From positions 1-64,000 of the forward strand of contig RSEE01000113.1 in the NCBI GenBank assembly GCA_003971905.1: a DNA stretch of 64,000 bases, given 5' to 3'. Source of the DNA: Moniliella sp. 'wahieum' (lineage: Eukaryota). Of this stretch, positions 36,001-48,170 are shown in pieces. The translations under genes were made by a program, and so were the position numbers. Below the pieces are notes generated by a model, which was not told the DNA's origin, ran no database searches, and saw only the letters and a program-made list of their open reading frames with translations. Each line of letters opens with the position of its first letter. The stretch's first letter is position 1.

Positions 36001-38622
36001 TGCGATGGGCGGAACACCACAAGGCACGGAGCTGGACTGGAACCGAATCGGAGCGTTCTTGGCGGTGAGCCAAAGGCTTACAGCTGAGTAATTGGGGCAA
36101 GCCAGCCTAAGTTGTGCCAGGCTACTAAAGCATTGCTGAACTCGATGACAGTTTGACCGTCGGTGTCATCGAACTTCTTGAGCACCTCCTGTCGGCTCTT
36201 TTCGCACATCTCCCGACATTGCTTTTTCGCTACCTATGGTATAACTTAATAAAGACAGTCGTTGGCCACACATCAATGATGCGAAGAAGGCGGCGCTGGT
36301 TCTTCAGCTTCCTTTACCGCCGTAGTGCAGGGGCGAAAGGCGATGCCAACAAATTTCAGTATATGTCCTACCTTCCTTCGGCTTCCCAACTTGGCCAGGA
36401 GCCACGAACGGTGACAGGTCGCCTTTCCCAAGCGAGTACCCAGGCCCTCGACTCCTCCCGAATGTAGTCCCGGTACCGTTCGATACATACTTGCGCAGGT
36501 TGTGAGTGCGAGAGGCCTGTGGCGTGGCTTTTTCCAAAAACTCGGCAGCGCCGGCTTAAGACGCCCAAGTACGCTATCATGAGGTGCTCCCGCCTCAGTT
36601 TGGCCAGTACCTTACACAGTCCATGATTTGACAAGAATTGGGGGGTGGAGAAACTCTTTGAGTATAGGCTAGATCCAAAAGTCAATACCAGCCAAGTCAC
36701 GGTGGTAAGCAGAAAGCAATCTCATCTACTACTACAGTGCTTTCTTCTCTCGCGTGGAGATTGAATCCTGCCTCACCACACCGCATCATGACCTCTGTAT
36801 ATAACAACAAGGTCTCTGACTATTCTCCCCGTACACCACAAGGAACCGCATGCCTGTGGCACACCGGAAGAAGAAGTTGCCTTGACTGCTGGAGCAAGCG
36901 GAATGTGTCAAGAAAGCCATGCCACTTGTACCAGGGACGCACAATCAAGATGAGTCCCTCTTGCATATGGATACGATGCTGATACAATGCCACTACAACG
37001 ACCACAAAAACAAGACATTCATTCTGAAGCACCTGAAAGAAGTGACTGACGATGAGTCTCATTTTGGAGATAGTACGTTTAGTACCTGAACATCCTGACC
37101 GCTCGCATGTTTACTAGTACCCACGATCTTTCTCTCGTGTCCGCGGGCACTTGATCCTGTTTGGAACCAAATTGCGGGCGCCAGAGGGTCCTGACGTCCT
37201 GAGGTCCTGACAACTCCGCTGGTTTCCTAATTGGGTTGGCACGAGCAATAAGCAGCGCATATACGCCGGATGATCGATGAGCGCTGAGCCAGCGCCTAAG
37301 GTTAGGCGCAGCCTTGTTCGTCCCATCCTTACCTTTGGGTATGCAATTAGGACAAGCTCCATCCTTGGTAGCTGTTCATGCCGTCCGCTTACAGTCACAT
37401 ATCTTCGATCCGTACATCGGACTGTGGGTGTCTGCCGGTACACGAGGTGAGAACTTCACGGCAGAGTGAGGGGGTCGAATATGCCCACCCTCTTCTATCA
37501 GCCTTAGGAGGGAGGGGGTATGGGCGATGGTTCGTTTTGACCGGATTCCTGATGGTGCACCTCATCAGATGCCCTTTTGCTGCTATGGGTTTATTGTGCG
37601 GAGAGATTTCTGAAGGTCTAGAGCGGTGACCTTGCGCTTGGTCGGCGGAGCGATGCAAGTGACCCAACCACCGAGGGAACTACTTAGGGCTAACCCTGTG
37701 TATACATGTTTCCCGAGCTGGTGAATTGGGAGGATGAAGACTCTGAGTCAGTCTACTAGTCTGCACTTAGGACACTGTAGAATTATGGATGGTCGATGGC
37801 AGGGCACCGGATAGATGTTCAATCTTAGTTTTTGTTGAACCAGAGTGGTACGGGTGCGAGACGGATAGGGGGTTGCAAGAGCAAGGGCAGACCAGGGGTG
37901 GGGATGGGGGACGGGGGGAGGGGGAGGGGGAGGAGGGAGAGGCGTACATGTACATGTGCATGTGCATGTGCGTTGGCGGGGGTGCGTTTGTGCGTGTGTG
38001 CATGCATACAAGAACAGAACAGAGCAAAGCCAAGGGGAACCGACCGGGGGGTAAACAAGGCGATCAAAGCAAGGCAAAGCAAAGCAAAGCGAAAAAGCAA
38101 AGCGAAAAAATAAAGCAAGCGGGACAGGAAGCTCCGAGCGGACGAACGAGTAAAGAGAAAAGAGAAAAGAGAAAAGAGAAAAGCGAAGAGAGAAGAAGAG
38201 AGGGAGGAGAGGCCATGACGCGTAAGAGGGAGGGATAAATAGAATATATCGTGGGGAGGGAGGGAAGGGGGGGGGAGGTCAAGCGGAGACGAGCAGAAAG
38301 CAAGGCAAGGCAGGGGGGGGGGGAGTAAAAAAATGCGGTCGTGGTGATGGTGCCGCGGCCGAGGCGCAGGAGGCAAAGGCGAGGCCAGCAGGGCAGGAAG
38401 AAAGGATAAGGGATAGGGTTACGGGAGCCAATAGGGTCATATTTGAAAACAAACAGGACCGTGTCGACACATAAGAGAAAGCAGATGCACAAGGGACGTC
38501 GCATCCCACCATTCAAACGAGACTCCGACTCCGACTCCGACTCCGAATGAGAACCCAAATCCAAAGTCGGGCGGATGCGATGCAAGGGTTACCGGTTACC
38601 ACATGCAGCGACCACGAAGAAG

Positions 38623-41600
38623 TTAATGATCGCGGATACGTTTGTGGCGCAACAATGCATCTTTGCGGGAAAAGTAACTTCCGCAAGCACATCGCCACTC
38701 CATGCCGACGGAGGAGGAAGCGCGTTCCTCTTTTCCCCATACGAGAGCCTGGGAAGGATCGAGGTGACCGCGTTCGATTTCGCGAGCTTCTTCACGTGCA
38801 TGAATTTGGCGATGGCGGGACAGGTCATAGTAGCGATTAAAGTGCGTGCCGCAGTAGACGCCCGTGACAGGGTGAAGGTACGTGCAGACACTGGCGCTGT
38901 CCCTTGCAGCTGTGGTGGAGGAGGAAGGTTCAGTAGGCGACCGGGACGGGTCAGGAGAGCGAGTATTAATATGTGTGCGGTCCAGTTCCGGTTCAGCAAG
39001 TGGTGTAGGAGTAGGACCCGGGTGAGTTTCTGCCCTGTCAGGCCAATGCGAGCGGGGCGAGTGGGGTTCCGATGGGGGGAAAGGGAAGGGAGCTAATTGT
39101 TGTGCCTCGTCGCGGGTACCCAGAGATGTGAACGAGGGGACCAAAGGAGAGGTGGCGAGCGATTCGACTGGGCCAAGTTGTACAGGACCAGGACCAGAGC
39201 AAGGACCAGAGCCAGGACCAGGACCAGGACCAGGACCAGGACCAGGACCAGGACCAGGACCAGGACCAGGACCAGGACCAGGACCAGGACCAGGGTCAAT
39301 ACCAAGACCGAGAGGGGGAGCAATAGGGAGCAAGCAATCGGGCAAAGAGGCTTGCCTTGGTGCGAGGGGCAGCGGTGGGCCCAAGGGGGTCAAGTCTGCA
39401 CTAGCGCGAGCAGGCAAAGCGAAAGGGGGGAATCGGGAAGAAGGGTGGTGCCAAGGGGCGATCGTACGTGCATCTACCTCGCCACGAGCCGTGCCATCGT
39501 AAGCGCGTTTGAGCCTGCTATCGGACCGCGGGGCGAAATCCAAAAACAAGTCTTGCGCCTCACCGTTGACGGGTGGGTTGGAGGTGGAAGTGGAGGTGGA
39601 TGCGGGTGCGGGTGCGGGTGCCGGGGCAGGGTGCAAAGGGCCGATTGCGGGTGCAGGGTGGGTAGCCGATGTGGAAGGCAAGCGTGCCAGGGGGAGGTTG
39701 AGGTCGACAAATGGGAACAAAGGGTACGTATCAGTTGGGAACGAATGCGAGCGTTGGTTCAAGGTGGTGATTGAGCCTAGGTCCCCAGGGTCCCCAGGGT
39801 CCCCCGGGAACAGGGGCAAAGTCGTTCCTGATCCGAGGACCGAACCTGCCTGGTCTGGGCGGGAGCCAAATCCGGGCGTGCAGAAGATAATGGATCCGGT
39901 TCGCAAGGCGGTGCAGCCACGACGCTAGACCGAGGCGATATCCCGCGCAGACTCGGCTCGCCCAACGCGCCCAGCGACGGGTCGATCCAGACGCGGTGGT
40001 GAAGGACAGAAGGGTGAGGCGGCGGCTGAGACTGGGATGGTTTGGTCACCGGAGCGGGCTGGGTCGCTCCTACGATCGGTTGTCGGCGTTCTTGTTGGGA
40101 ATCTGGAGGCGCGGGTGCAGGTGCGGCAGGGGCAGGAGCAGCAGGAGCAGAAGTAGCAGCAGCAGGGGCATCAGGAGCATTAGGGGCAGAAGCAGAAGCA
40201 GGTACAGGTGCAGGAGTCGAAGCAGGAGGTGCACAAGTCGGAGCGGACTCTGTACCGGCATAAGGAGATGCATCGGGTGCATCCGGCGGGGACAGAGAGG
40301 CACATCTTCTTCCTGTGGGGGCTGTAAGGCGTCCAAATGGAGCCGAGCGCCAACGCTGGAGGAACGACGATGGCTTGGTCCGCGGGCGCGGGAGCCAGAG
40401 CGGGATCCAGACGAACGTAACCGTTTGTTACGGCATTGTGCCGATTCGGTAGGAAGCGAGGGTGCGGTCGGTGGGTCAACAGGGTCGGACTGGAGCGAAA
40501 GTAAGCTCATGGGTAGTTGGCCCGTGAGGGAGGAGCGGTGTTGGGTCCCAGCGGGCGGGGGTTCGGACCAAGGAGAGGAAGGTGCGATTCGGGAAGGATG
40601 AAAGGCCGGTGCCGAGCCGCGGCGGATGGTTGGGCTATCGCCGCCGTCGAGAGAAAAGTCAACGGAGAGGGGGTGGGCGAGCATGGCCGAGTCGGAGGCC
40701 ATGGAGCTGCTTCGGCCAAAGAAGAAAGAGGACGCGGGCGTGGGCGTGGGCATGGGCATGGGGCGGTGGCGACGGGTGTTGGGGCAGTGGCAGCTGGTGT
40801 GGAGGAAGGGGCGATGAGCTGTTTGGGCGAACAAACACCATCATGCAAAAAGACCCCCAACCAAATCAAATCAAACCAAGCCAAATTACAGCAAGTCAGT
40901 TGTCCGACCACAGCCGCTAGCACAGTTGGGTGCAAAGGGGGGGGGTAGTTACGCTACGTACCGATTCTCGTCGAAGGGGGATCGCGACTCGCTGCAGCGA
41001 GGCATGGCGGGCCTGCTCCATACCTGGGTAGCCCGTAGGATGGTGGAGGAGTGTAGAGGTCGGGATCAGCCAAGGCCGTCGTGTGCAAAGAGGGTGGGAG
41101 AGGCACGTGCGAAACCGGCGGGTGCGCCGGGCTGGCATCAAAGTTGAACTGATCCAAGGGGAGTGTGCCGTACGAAGCTGGGAAAGACGCATCCATGTCC
41201 CTGCCTCTGTCCCTGCCAGTGGCTCTGTCTAGGTCCAAGGCAAGATGGTGGGATGGGGCCAGGAGACCAGGGGTGGAGAAGGAGCGCTGGTTGAGCAGGG
41301 GGGACTGCGAGACGGGCAGGCTGGGCAGAAAGGAGGCCAGAGAGGTGGGTGTGGTGTGGCGCGCTGAGCGGCAGAGAAGAGAAGGAGGCTTGGACAAGGG
41401 TGGAGCGAATAGGTTGGCGCCCGGAGGGGGCGCGGAAAAGGGGGCGGCAAGGCTCATCACACCGGTGGTGGGCATCATTGTGGAGGGTGTGGTGGCATCC
41501 ATGACTGGATGTGTCCCGGCGGGTGTGGGTGCAGGGGCGGAGATGCCAGTGCTTGTGACTGTGGGTGCGGCTGTGGCTGAGGCGGTGGATCGGCCTGGGC

Positions 41601-41912
41601 CCGGTGGAGGCTGCAGCACACTGGGGACGGGCAGGGCCGAGGCCAAGGCGTCGGTCGGAGCGGGGGCTGGATGTAGGAGGACGGGGGATGGGCCGGGGGC
41701 TGGACATGATCGAGGGACGAGGGGCGGCGGTGCGGATCAGGAGGATCGGCGTGGAGCAGGGGCCGGGCCAGGAAGCTCTGGCAGCGGCGGCGGCAGCTCC
41801 ATCGCGACGAGGGCGACGAGGGAGATGGAGGTGGTGGAGGTGGTGGAGGTGGAGGTGGTGGAGGTGGAGGTGGTGGAGGCGATGGGAAGATAGCAGCAGA
41901 CGCATCTTCCAT
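38623..41912 (-). CDS. C2H2 zinc-finger transcription factor (two C-terminal fingers)
   Basis: CTYLHPVTGVYCGTHFNRYYDLSRHRQIH and WRCACGSYFSRKDALLRHKRIRDH* at the C-terminus. Long Pro/Ser-rich N-terminus from a putative ATG at 41912 (MEDASAAIFPSPPPPP). Multiple indels. Confidence 0.8.
39184..39293 (-). repeat. Coding (GGTCCT)n hexamer repeat encoding poly-(GP)
   Basis: aggacc tandem array on + strand; PGPGPGPG... in the C2H2 reading frame. Confidence 0.9.
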
Positions 41913-42119
41913 CTGCTGTCTCTCCCGCGCCAGCGGAGCGGCGTTGAACAAGGTCGAGCAGCGAGCGGTGAGCCTGACCGCTGAGCTCGGCCCGAGTACT
42001 GCGAACGTACCGAGTGCTGCGTACGCGTGAGGATGAGTTGACGCCTGAGCGCTCGCGCGTGGGGCGTGGCGCCAGTGTCAGGGTGCAGCCCCCCCGAGCC
42101 AGCCCCAGTGAAACACACA

Positions 42120-45100
42120 TGACACCATGCATCATGCATGCACCATCGATCATGCATCCTGCATCCGCTTCTTCCGCCATCGGTGCATCAGCATCCGCAC
42201 TAGTGGCTAGTCCAAGGCAAGCATCAAGCCCTAGCACTGGTCTAGAGCTAGTGAAGCTTGAAGTGACGAGTGACTCAGTCCGCGCTCCGACTCAGCGCTA
42301 AGAGCTAAGATCTAAGATCTAAGATCTAAGATCTAAGAGCCAAGACGTAGAGCTCAGGCTCAGTATCTTCCCGCCCGCCCCCCTCCCTGTCGGGAAATTG
42401 GTGCTCCAAGCTTCAAATCAAGCTTCCAGCAGCAGGCCGATGTGGATGCGTAGCGCTTTGGCTAAGCGCTAAGCTTAGCTCGGCACCCGCCTTCGCGTCA
42501 TTAATCATTCATCATTCATCTGTCCCACACCACGTCACACGCCATCCACCATCGACCATCGATCATTGTCATCGCTGCCAGAGTACTCCATCCAGTACCT
42601 AATCGTACGCTAGGCACTAGCTGGACTACGGCATACACCAGGATTATGGATTAGGCCTTTGGGCCTTAAGGCCTTCCGATACTGAACCGAGACGTAGCGT
42701 ATCAAGTAACTGAACCTCCGTACTCCGTGCCCTGCGCCTTCCTCGATCCTCCTCGGCCATCGCTGCCTGACTGGTTCCATCATGATGTGTGCATCGTCAT
42801 TTCTCACGATCTCACGATCTCACGTCTCATTAATCATTGCCATATGCAACGGCGCCTGCATGGCACCGAGACGAGAGAGGGCGAGGTAAAATAATTCACC
42901 TTGCCCAATACCGTACTGGAGCGGGCTCTCGAACAGCCAGGATGAGGTTCTGAAGCTCAGGCCTCACCTGAGGGCCTGGGGTCGATGTCGATGAGGGCGG
43001 GAGATTACGTTTGCGATAGGTGTCTATAGGTAACAGGGCTGGGTTGTGAGCAATCGAGGATGGAGATGGTATTCGGAGAACTATTTCTATCCTGGTGGCT
43101 GGACCGATCTGCGGGCCGTGTGGGACCTGACATGTGACAGTTGGAAGTCTTCACAGGACGGGTTCGTGTATGGTATGGGTACGTGACATAGATATGGTCA
43201 ATAGGCTCCAGGGGAGGCTCTGGCCTGGGCTGCAATCTACTAGCTCACGCCATGCAGTAGTCAATTAATGAGGTCGCCATCGAACGTCGATCGTTAAAAG
43301 GTGTCTGTGAGAACTACATTCAAAAGGAACGCGGGGAGGGAGAGATAGTTCATGTGCGGAAGACACTGTACCGCCACGAGTCCCCCAAGTCACACGCACC
43401 TGTTTTTCGCCTCGACATCGAAAGGGGAAACACAGGAACCAGAAGCGGAAGCTCTTAGGGACTCCCAGGCCCAGAAAGAAGAAACGTGTGGTAAAGAAAG
43501 AAAAAAAGTCCAACTACCCCACATGAACTCGGCTTGATTACGACTATACTAAGTGAGTGACTAGTGACTAGTTACTACTAGTGACTACTGTGAAGTGACT
43601 GCTAGTGACTATAATTTGGCGTAGGACGCCACCCTTTTTTATCGGGTAGCGCCACCCCCCTCTTGGCTTCTGTGGCTGTGCGCTGACGCTGGCTAGTAGT
43701 GACCAGTCGGAATGAAGATTCCATGGTGCATGGGCCAAGGCAAAGGAGAGAGAAGAGGCGCAAGGGCTAGTGGTGCCCGGTGGACTATTAGGGATGGAAC
43801 ACAACTACCTCCCCCACCCTCTGTATTCGCGTCGGTTCCGGCTCGGCACCCGAGGGAAAAGTGGCACGAGCAGCACGATGGATGTACGGCAACGCCCGCC
43901 CTCCCCACCCCTGTCGGCACACGATCGGAAGTGCAATAAGCTGTCGCAACCCCGAAACTTGCCCACATATGTGGCAAACCCGCTTGGGCGTCTCAAAACG
44001 TCGCAACGTTCTCAACTCTCAACGTTCAACTGAACGTTGAGTTCAACGTTCATCCGTCGCGGGCGTTGGATGCTGCGGCGACCACCAACCAGGAGGCGCG
44101 CGGGTGGGGCGGCACAAGGAGGCGGCCTACGGCCTAGGTAGCGTGGCCAGTGGGACGATGTGGGGTTGGCGGTGGAAGGGAGGTTTGGATGTGACATGTG
44201 ATGCTACACGCGGGTTTGGACGGTGTGGCATGTATAGTAAGTACCCTGGGCTGGGCTCGGGTGGGATGCGAAGTGCTTGGCCTACGCTACGATCTTAGTC
44301 TAAGATGTAAGAACCAAGAGCCAAGCTAGCCTTTGGCCATGCAGGGGGGCACGCGGGTGCTGCAACGTACATGCAACGTGCATGCCGCATGCAGCATGCG
44401 GGTAGCATGCAATCGGCACGACGGCAGTACGCCTGTGTCTGGGCGGCTGGCTGGGGGTCTGCCAGGGTGTGCAGTGGGTCCCCCCTGCGCTGCTGTCTGC
44501 TGTGGCTCGACTGCACCCTGTTGCACCCCTGCAGCCTCTGCGCCACCCGAAACGCCTCGTGCCTGGCGCCTGTCTTTCGCCCTGCTACATACGCCCCCCC
44601 GCCGCGGCTCAGGCGCTGAGGCGCTGACGCTGAGGCCCGAGGGAGCCACGTGGCGTAACGCGTAACGCGTAATCGACGTAATCGATATTCGGCTAAGCGC
44701 TAATGGCAATTGATCATCGATCATCCATCGTCGCTCATCGCAGAGGTTTAAAACTCTTGGATCTTGTCAGGCGGGATGGGATGGTCCTTTGCCCTGCACC
44801 CCACCCACATGGGTCTGCTCGCATCTTCCCCTCGCAGGATCCAGGATCCCTGCCATCCCTGCATGGCACATTGAGTCCACGGGACATGACACACTCCGAT
44901 CCCTTGGGGGGGGGGGGGCTGGACAGCAGGTAGCGAACTTGCCGAGAAACGTACTCGAGGATCGAGCATCGCGTGTCGATTATCTCCATGGGCCCAGGCC
45001 CTGAGCCACATGCTCCAAAGCCAGTATTACAAGATCAAGATGGCGAGTGCCTAGCACAGGAGACACGATGGGATTTGAAATTGGAGCTTGGATTGTCTCT

Positions 45101-48100
45101 GTGGCGGGAGGCGTGAGGCGTGAGGCGTGAGGCGTGAGGGTGGTGGATGGCCTAGCCACTGCTGCGCAGGTAAGACGGGTGCTGCATATTGCATGGCGAA
45201 CTGGGTAGCGAGACGGATGGATGATACATGATGCATGATGGATGCGCACATGCATGCACTGGCAGGCCAAGCGAAGCCTGTGTGACATGTGCATGTGACA
45301 TGTGACACGGGACACTTGACACGTGATAGTGTGTGCGCGTGTCACGCATCACACATGCCCCTGTGACATGGATGACAGACAGCGAGGCGTGGCAGGGCGT
45401 GGCAAGGCAGGGGTTCTGGCGTGGCGTCCTCTGTCTACGTCACACACACTGCACCCATCCAATGGTCAGTGATGTGTGACGCGTGACGGCCTCAAGCTTC
45501 AAGCTTCAAGCCTTCCAGCTTCCAGGTTCGTCAAGCTTCAGGAGGTCTAAGATCGAAGGGCGTCAGATCCAACTGGTTACGTGGTTATAACTAGGCACTA
45601 GTTACCCGTTGCTGCTTCGCGCTAACTGGTAACCGGTACCCAGACTGCACTCCTCAGATGAGAAATGAGATGCAAGAGACCCACCCCAGGCGCCAGTGGC
45701 CAGGTGCCAGTCCACACCAACTCCGACGTCGCACCGGTGGATGGATACTGTTCCCAGCCGTGCCTGTGGCCTACCCTGGCCTGCCCCGCCCCGGCGCACT
45801 CCGGGCTCCAGGAATTCGGAAGGCATGCAAAGGCACGTGTCAGCAGGTCAGCACGCAGTACTTAACTCATCGCATCAGCAGTACGTTTCATACGTGCCTC
45901 CCAGCACATGTCCGTCGCCGTGCAATTCATTTCCAAGCCGGTCGGTGCCGGTGGATGCCGGCGATGTGTGACATGTGACCATCGATCAGTGTGCGCATGC
46001 CGTGGGTCCTGATAGAAAGAAACCGCCAGCCACGGTCCAAGTGAAAGGCGGTAAACGCGGCAAAGCGAACAAGCACCCGAAGAGTAGCAAAGAAGGCGGA
46101 GCGCGTACGACCATTGATCGATGATCAGTAATCGACAATCGACAATCGACAATCGACAATCGAGAATCCAAACGCGTGCTTTAATTGGCGCTTCACAAGC
46201 ATGGCTTCTGCGTTTTCATTATCCAGGATCCGCTTTCAAACTGCAAGCATGGAGCTTTGCGCCTCGAGCTTCGACCGAAACGTGTCCAGACATGTTACCG
46301 TAGTAACTCAGCATTACTAGTTACTTCCAGCGTGAAACATGGGCAGGAACCGTGATGGTATACCCAGAGCGATCGTCGATCGACCCAGCTCGCGGCCGTG
46401 TAGCCAGCCGTCCCTTGGCTGTAACATGTACCTTCGCTTTCACTTTATCGACTTTATATCCAGCTTCAAGCTTCAAGCTTCGAGAGCTTCAAGCTTCAAG
46501 CTTCAAGCTTCAAGCTTCAACCTTTCCAAGATTCTGAAGGATATGTGGCTGGAGTAAGGAACACAGGGGTTTCATGCATATCATGGCAAACCTCTTTCAC
46601 AACCGTGCGACCTCCCTTCAAGCTTCAACATTCAAGCTTCAGCGCTGAAGCTTTAGTAGGCCTTAGGCCTTAGGAGCTTCAGGCCCGTCAACGTCGTCAA
46701 GCTTCAAGCTTCAAGTCAAGCTTCAAGCCCTCGGGAACTGAGATCACAAACTGAGAACTCAGAAATCACCCACACCTAGCCCGCGGCCAGTCGAGGAGCG
46801 TTCGAAGACAAGTGGCACACACGCGCATTGGCCTCTCTGTGCTTTGATTTTCAGCTGAGCTGTCCCGAGAGACTCCATCTACCTTTTCCTACGCATGGCT
46901 CTCGAACATCGCCACCCGGAACAATGCGACGCATTGTGACTTGTGACATGTGATGGATCGATTTGTACGTGATGCGTGACGCGTGATGGTGCTCAAGCGT
47001 CGCGTCAAACGTCAAATGCGCAAATGAAACGGTATATGTGGTTGCGTTAACAGGTTCAACCACAACTGAAGCTCCAACTGGAGCCTGTGCTCTGTCTCGT
47101 GTCATCTGCCACATGTCACATGTCACATGTCATCTGTCAGATATGTCAGTAGTCCTCACATCCGTCAGTCCTGGATCCTTCTCGTTGTCGCAACACAACT
47201 CAGTAAGGGAAAGGCTTCAAGTCGGGTGTGCGATAATAGAAGGAAGAGACCTGATGCATGATGAGGCTGGGGACATGATGCTCTTGACTGGGTTAAACGT
47301 TAACCTGCCCAAGGCCTAAAGGCCTGTTCGGGAACGGGTAACCAAAGGTCACCGTCGCCGGTGACTGACTGACCCTCCAAACCGCTGTGCCGGATGAGAT
47401 CTGAGACTCAGATCTGAGACCACCTCACGCGGGAATCAAACGACCCTTTGAGCGCAACCGTCATAGGAAACCGTTCCAGATGGAGTATGCGGCCTGCGGT
47501 GGGACTGGTGGTCCTGCAATGTTAGTCGTTCTGAATCGTCGTTCAAGGAGCTCAAGGCTTCAACGGCAGGCCAGCAATTGACTAGCTCGATCCGAACTGC
47601 ATGCACTCATTATACTCGCGCTAATACTATGCTGGGACATACTACGAATTGCGCGCTACCTGTTGCCCATCGCCCGTTGTCCGTTGTCCGTTGCGTATTG
47701 CCGGCTGCTTACTCGTTGCTGCGGTCGCGATCCGACGCAATCCAACGCAACTCCGATCTACATACTCTCGACGCATTTTTCGCCTTTTTGTATGATGCAC
47801 ACCACCCCCACATGCCTATTACCGCATGGACCATCAAGCTTCAAGCTTCAAGCTTCAAGTGTTCAAAGCATTCCACAATTCCACGTTGCGGTAACGTTCC
47901 GCAGCCACAACATATCCGTTGAACAAGTTAAACGTTAAAACATTGAGGGGCAAACGCCAAGCTACTCTTCACTGTGGCCCTGGGAGTGTCGTCGTCCAAC
48001 GCCACTCTAAGATCTAATAGGAGGAAAAAGGGGAGAGGTATATGTAGCTGTCGGTGCTCTTACCCACCCAAGATCCAGAGAACTCTCTCAGGCTCTGAAG

Positions 48101-48170
48101 CATGAGGCCTGAGTCCCTCCACCGATTCTGCAAAAGAGTATCCGAAACCAGTAACCGGTAAACGTATCTT
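42120..48170. repeat. Long intergenic region rich in 7-bp-period palindromic microsatellites
   Basis: (TAAGATC)n 42306-42338, (GTGACTA)n 43557-43577, (AAGCTTC)n 45493-45510, 46462-46520, 46616-46729 and 47835-47858, (CACATGT)n 47110-47131, (ATCGACA)n 46130-46163, (TGAGGCG)n 45108-45139. Confidence 0.85.

Noticed and set aside
46462..46729. AAGCTTC arrays as heat-shock elements or restriction-site arrays
   Set aside because: HSEs need alternating nGAAn pentamers, which period 7 breaks. The match to restriction sites simply follows from the units being 6-bp palindromes.
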